Shown: positions 29,213 to 32,000 of the stretch, piece after piece
How positions within the stretch are numbered: the stretch's first letter is position 1
Layout: the number at the start of each line of letters is the position of its first letter
Assembly (NCBI RefSeq): GCF_001457615.1
Contig: NZ_LN831024.1
Span: 4,440,001 to 4,472,000, forward strand
Origin: Pseudomonas aeruginosa
GTDB lineage: Bacteria; Pseudomonadota; Gammaproteobacteria; Pseudomonadales; Pseudomonadaceae
Direction: 5' to 3'
Length of the DNA stretch: 32,000 nt
Notes under the pieces: generated by a model
The model's database searches: none
What the model saw: only the letters and a program-made list of their open reading frames with translations
Told to the model about the DNA's origin: nothing
Position numbers and translations under genes: made by a program

Positions 29213-30988
29213 TCACTCGGCCTTCGGCTGCTCGCGCAGGCGAATGTGCAGCTCGCGCAGGGCCTTGCCGTCCACGGAACCCGGTGCCTGGGTCATGACG
29301 TCGCCAGCGCTCTGGGTCTTCGGGAAGGCGATCACTTCGCGGATAGACGATGCACCGGTCATCAGCATGACCAGGCGATCCAGGCCGAAGGCCAGGCCGC
29401 CATGCGGCGGCGCACCGTACTTGAGCGCGTCGAGCAGGAAGCCGAATTTCTCTTCCTGTTCCGCCTCGTCGATGCCCAGCACACGGAACACCGCCTGCTG
29501 CATGGACTTGTCATGGATACGGATGGAACCGCCACCCAGCTCGGTACCGTTGAGCACCATGTCGTAGGCGCGGGAAAGCGCCGCGCCCGGATTGGCCTCA
29601 AGCTCGGCCGGGGTGCACTTGGGCGAGGTGAACGGGTGGTGCAGCGCGGACAGCGAGCCGTCGTCGTTCTCCTCGAACATCGGGAAGTCCACGACCCACA
29701 TGGGCGCCCACTCCCGGGTGAGCAGCTTGAGGTCATGGCCGACCTTGATACGCAGCGCGCCCAGGGCATCGCAAACGATCTTGGCCTTGTCGGCACCAAA
29801 GAACACGATGTCGCCGTCGACCGCGCCAACGCGATCGAGGATCACGTTCAGGTTGGCCTCGGGGATAAACTTCACGATCGGCGACTGCAGACCTTCCACG
29901 CCCTTGGCGCGCTCGTTGACCTTGATGTAGGCCAGGCCCTTGGCACCATAGATGCCGACGAACTTGGTGTAGTCGTCGATCTGGCTGCGCGGCATGGAGG
30001 CGGCGCCCGGCACACGCAGGGCGGCGACACGCCCCTTCGGATCGTTGGCCGGACCGGAGAAGACCTTGAACTCCACTTCCTTCAACTGGTCGGCGACGTC
30101 CACCAACTCCAGCGGGATGCGCAGGTCGGGCTTGTCCGAACCGTAGCGGCGCATGGCCTCTTCGAACGGCATGTGCGGGAACTCGTCGAACTCGACATCC
30201 AGCACTTCCTTGAACAGCTGGCGCACCATCTTCTCGGTGATGCCGATGATGTCGCTCTCGTCGAGGAAGCTGGTCTCGATGTCGATCTGGGTGAATTCCG
30301 GCTGGCGGTCGGCACGCAGGTCCTCGTCACGGAAGCACTTGGCGATCTGGTAGTAGCGATCGAAGCCGGCGACCATCAGCAGTTGCTTGAACAACTGCGG
30401 CGACTGCGGCAGGGCGAAGAAGTGGCCCGGGTAGGTACGGCTCGGCACCAGGTAGTCGCGCGCGCCTTCCGGCGTCGGCCGGCCGAGGATCGGGGTCTCG
30501 ACGTCGAGGAAGCCGTTGTCGTCCAGGTAGCGGCGAATGCTGCTGGTGATGCGCGCGCGCAGCTTCAGCTTGGCGGCCATCTCCGGACGACGCAGGTCGA
30601 TGAAGCGGTAGCGCAGGCGGGTTTCCTCGCCCACATCGGAGTATTCATCCAACGGGAACGGCGGAGTCTCGGCCTGGTTCAGCACTTCCAGTTCGTAGCC
30701 CAGTACCTCGATGGAGCCAGACGCCATGTTCGGGTTGCGCGCGCCTTCAGGGCGCAGGCGCACCTTGCCGGTGATCTTCACCACGAACTCGCTGCGCACC
30801 CGGTCGGCCTTGGCGAAGGTTTCCGCACGGTCCGGATCGAACACCACCTGGGCCAGCCCCTCGCGATCGCGCACATCGAGGAAGATCACTCCACCATGGT
30901 CGCGGCGGCGGTGAACCCAACCGCAAAGGGTGACTTCCTGGCCGTCCAGGCTCTCGTTCAGTTGGCCGCAATAGTGGCTGCGCATCAT
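29213..30988 (-). CDS. aspS: Aspartate-tRNA ligase (class II)
   Basis: 591 aa from [19 protein letters not shown]…, with class II motifs ([18 protein letters not shown], …[11 protein letters not shown]). ATG at complement 30988 verified. The 61-codon upstream extension in the ORF track is Arg/Gly-rich non-coding-like sequence. Confidence 0.96.
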
Positions 30989-31427
30989 GGTGTGGTTCGC
31001 TTCTCGTAAGTCTTGGATTCTGTGGAGCCGCCGGCTGCCTGGCGACCATTGCCGGGCTCTCGCCGGCCCTGACCGAGCACCGGAACCATCGGTACGCCCC
31101 CGGAAGGACATCTCCCGCGCTGCCCGGTGAACGGCAACGGCGAAGCACCCGCATCCGGGCTCACTTCGCATTGAAGGCGGGGATTATAGCCTGAAAAATC
31201 CATGGCTTGCAGCCAGCCCCGCCGGCCTGTCACGCGGGAAGCCAGGCCGTTGAACGGAAGCATTTCGCCTCCCCCTGCGAACCATTCGCTTGACCGGGCA
31301 GTCGGAATAGATTCTCCCTATCGCCGCCTTTGACATAGACCAAGAGCGCTGGGAAAAACCCTGTGTTAGCCTCACTCCAACTGTTTCGGAGTGCCCCATT
31401 CACAAGGCCGACTGAAAGGAGAACGCC

Positions 31428-31898
31428 ATGGAAATCAATATCGGAATCGGCGAACAGGATCGCGCAGCCATTGCCGAGGGCCTGTCGCGGCTACTGGCCG
31501 ACACCTACACCCTCTACCTGAAAACCCACAACTTCCACTGGAACGTCACCGGCCCGATGTTCAACACGCTGCACCTGATGTTCGAAGGCCAGTACACCGA
31601 ACTGGCCGTTGCCGTAGACGACATCGCCGAGCGCATCCGGGCCCTGGGCTTCCCGGCGCCCGGCACCTACGCCGCCTACGCCCGCCTCTCGTCCATCAAG
31701 GAGGAGGAAGGCGTTCCGGAAGCCGAGGAGATGATCCGGCAACTGGTCCAGGGTCAGGAAGCCGTGGTGCGCACCGCCCGCAGCATCTTCCCGCTGCTGG
31801 ACAAGGTCAGCGACGAACCCACCGCCGACCTGCTCACCCAACGTATGCAGGTGCATGAAAAGACCGCCTGGATGTTGCGCAGCCTTCTTGCCAGCTGA
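31428..31898 (+). CDS. dps: Dps-family DNA-binding ferritin-like protein
   Basis: 156 aa with the ferroxidase-site context [20 protein letters not shown] and …DLLTQR…[18 protein letters not shown] lies 6 nt upstream of the ATG. Confidence 0.9.
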   Translation: MEINIGIGEQDRAAIAEGLSRLLADTYTLYLKTHNFHWNVTGPMFNTLHLMFEGQYTELAVAVDDIAERIRALGFPAPGTYAAYARLSSIKEEEGVPEAEEMIRQLVQGQEAVVRTARSIFPLLDKVSDEPTADLLTQRMQVHEKTAWMLRSLLAS

Positions 31899-32000
31899 TC
31901 GTCGATCGCTCGATAGAAAGCGGGGCCCGCCTCAGGGTCCCGCCCTCCCCCCTCCGGCGCCAACCGCTTGATTTGAGTAGCCTCCTGCTTTCCTGTTAAA

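Overview
This window is core chromosome of Pseudomonas aeruginosa, equivalent to roughly PA1004 down to PA0962 of PAO1 and read in the opposite orientation to PAO1 numbering. Gene names come from recognising the translated proteins and known cis-elements, not from a database search.

Gene order, left to right:
- 5' part of nadA (-)
- The complete alkyl-quinolone/PQS quorum-sensing locus: pqsR/mvfR (+) with its LasR box and its uof leader ORF, then phnB-phnA-pqsE-pqsD-pqsC-pqsB-pqsA (all -), with the PqsR LysR box and the RhlR box upstream of pqsA
- ogt (+)
- The cupC3-cupC2-cupC1 chaperone-usher fimbrial cluster (-), with an AT-rich promoter region
- A poorly characterised stretch: an orphan Hpt protein, a Nudix hydrolase, a secreted hypothetical protein and a hotdog thioesterase
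- tRNA-Lys(UUU) with no island attached
- queC-queE
- The Tol-Pal cluster: cpoB, oprL, tolB, tolA, tolR, tolQ, ybgC
- ruvB, ruvA, ruvC
- pmpR/yebC, aspS and a dps-like gene

Almost all long ORFs antisense to these genes are artefacts of the high GC content.

I do not see a convincing new multi-gene system such as a defence island, CRISPR array or mobile element. The leads most worth checking are:
1. A 6-bp in-frame ATCACC duplication in pqsR that inserts two residues at ligand-pocket residue Ile149.
2. A 23-codon upstream ORF whose TGA stop overlaps (GTGA) a GTG codon preceded by a strong Shine-Dalgarno (SD) sequence, seven codons inside the annotated phnA. This suggests leader-coupled translation analogous to uof-pqsR.
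3. An unoccupied tRNA-Lys island integration site.
4. The uncharacterised Hpt/Nudix/secreted-protein/thioesterase stretch next to cupC.
5. A cluster of GTATTA motifs in the pqsR upstream region.
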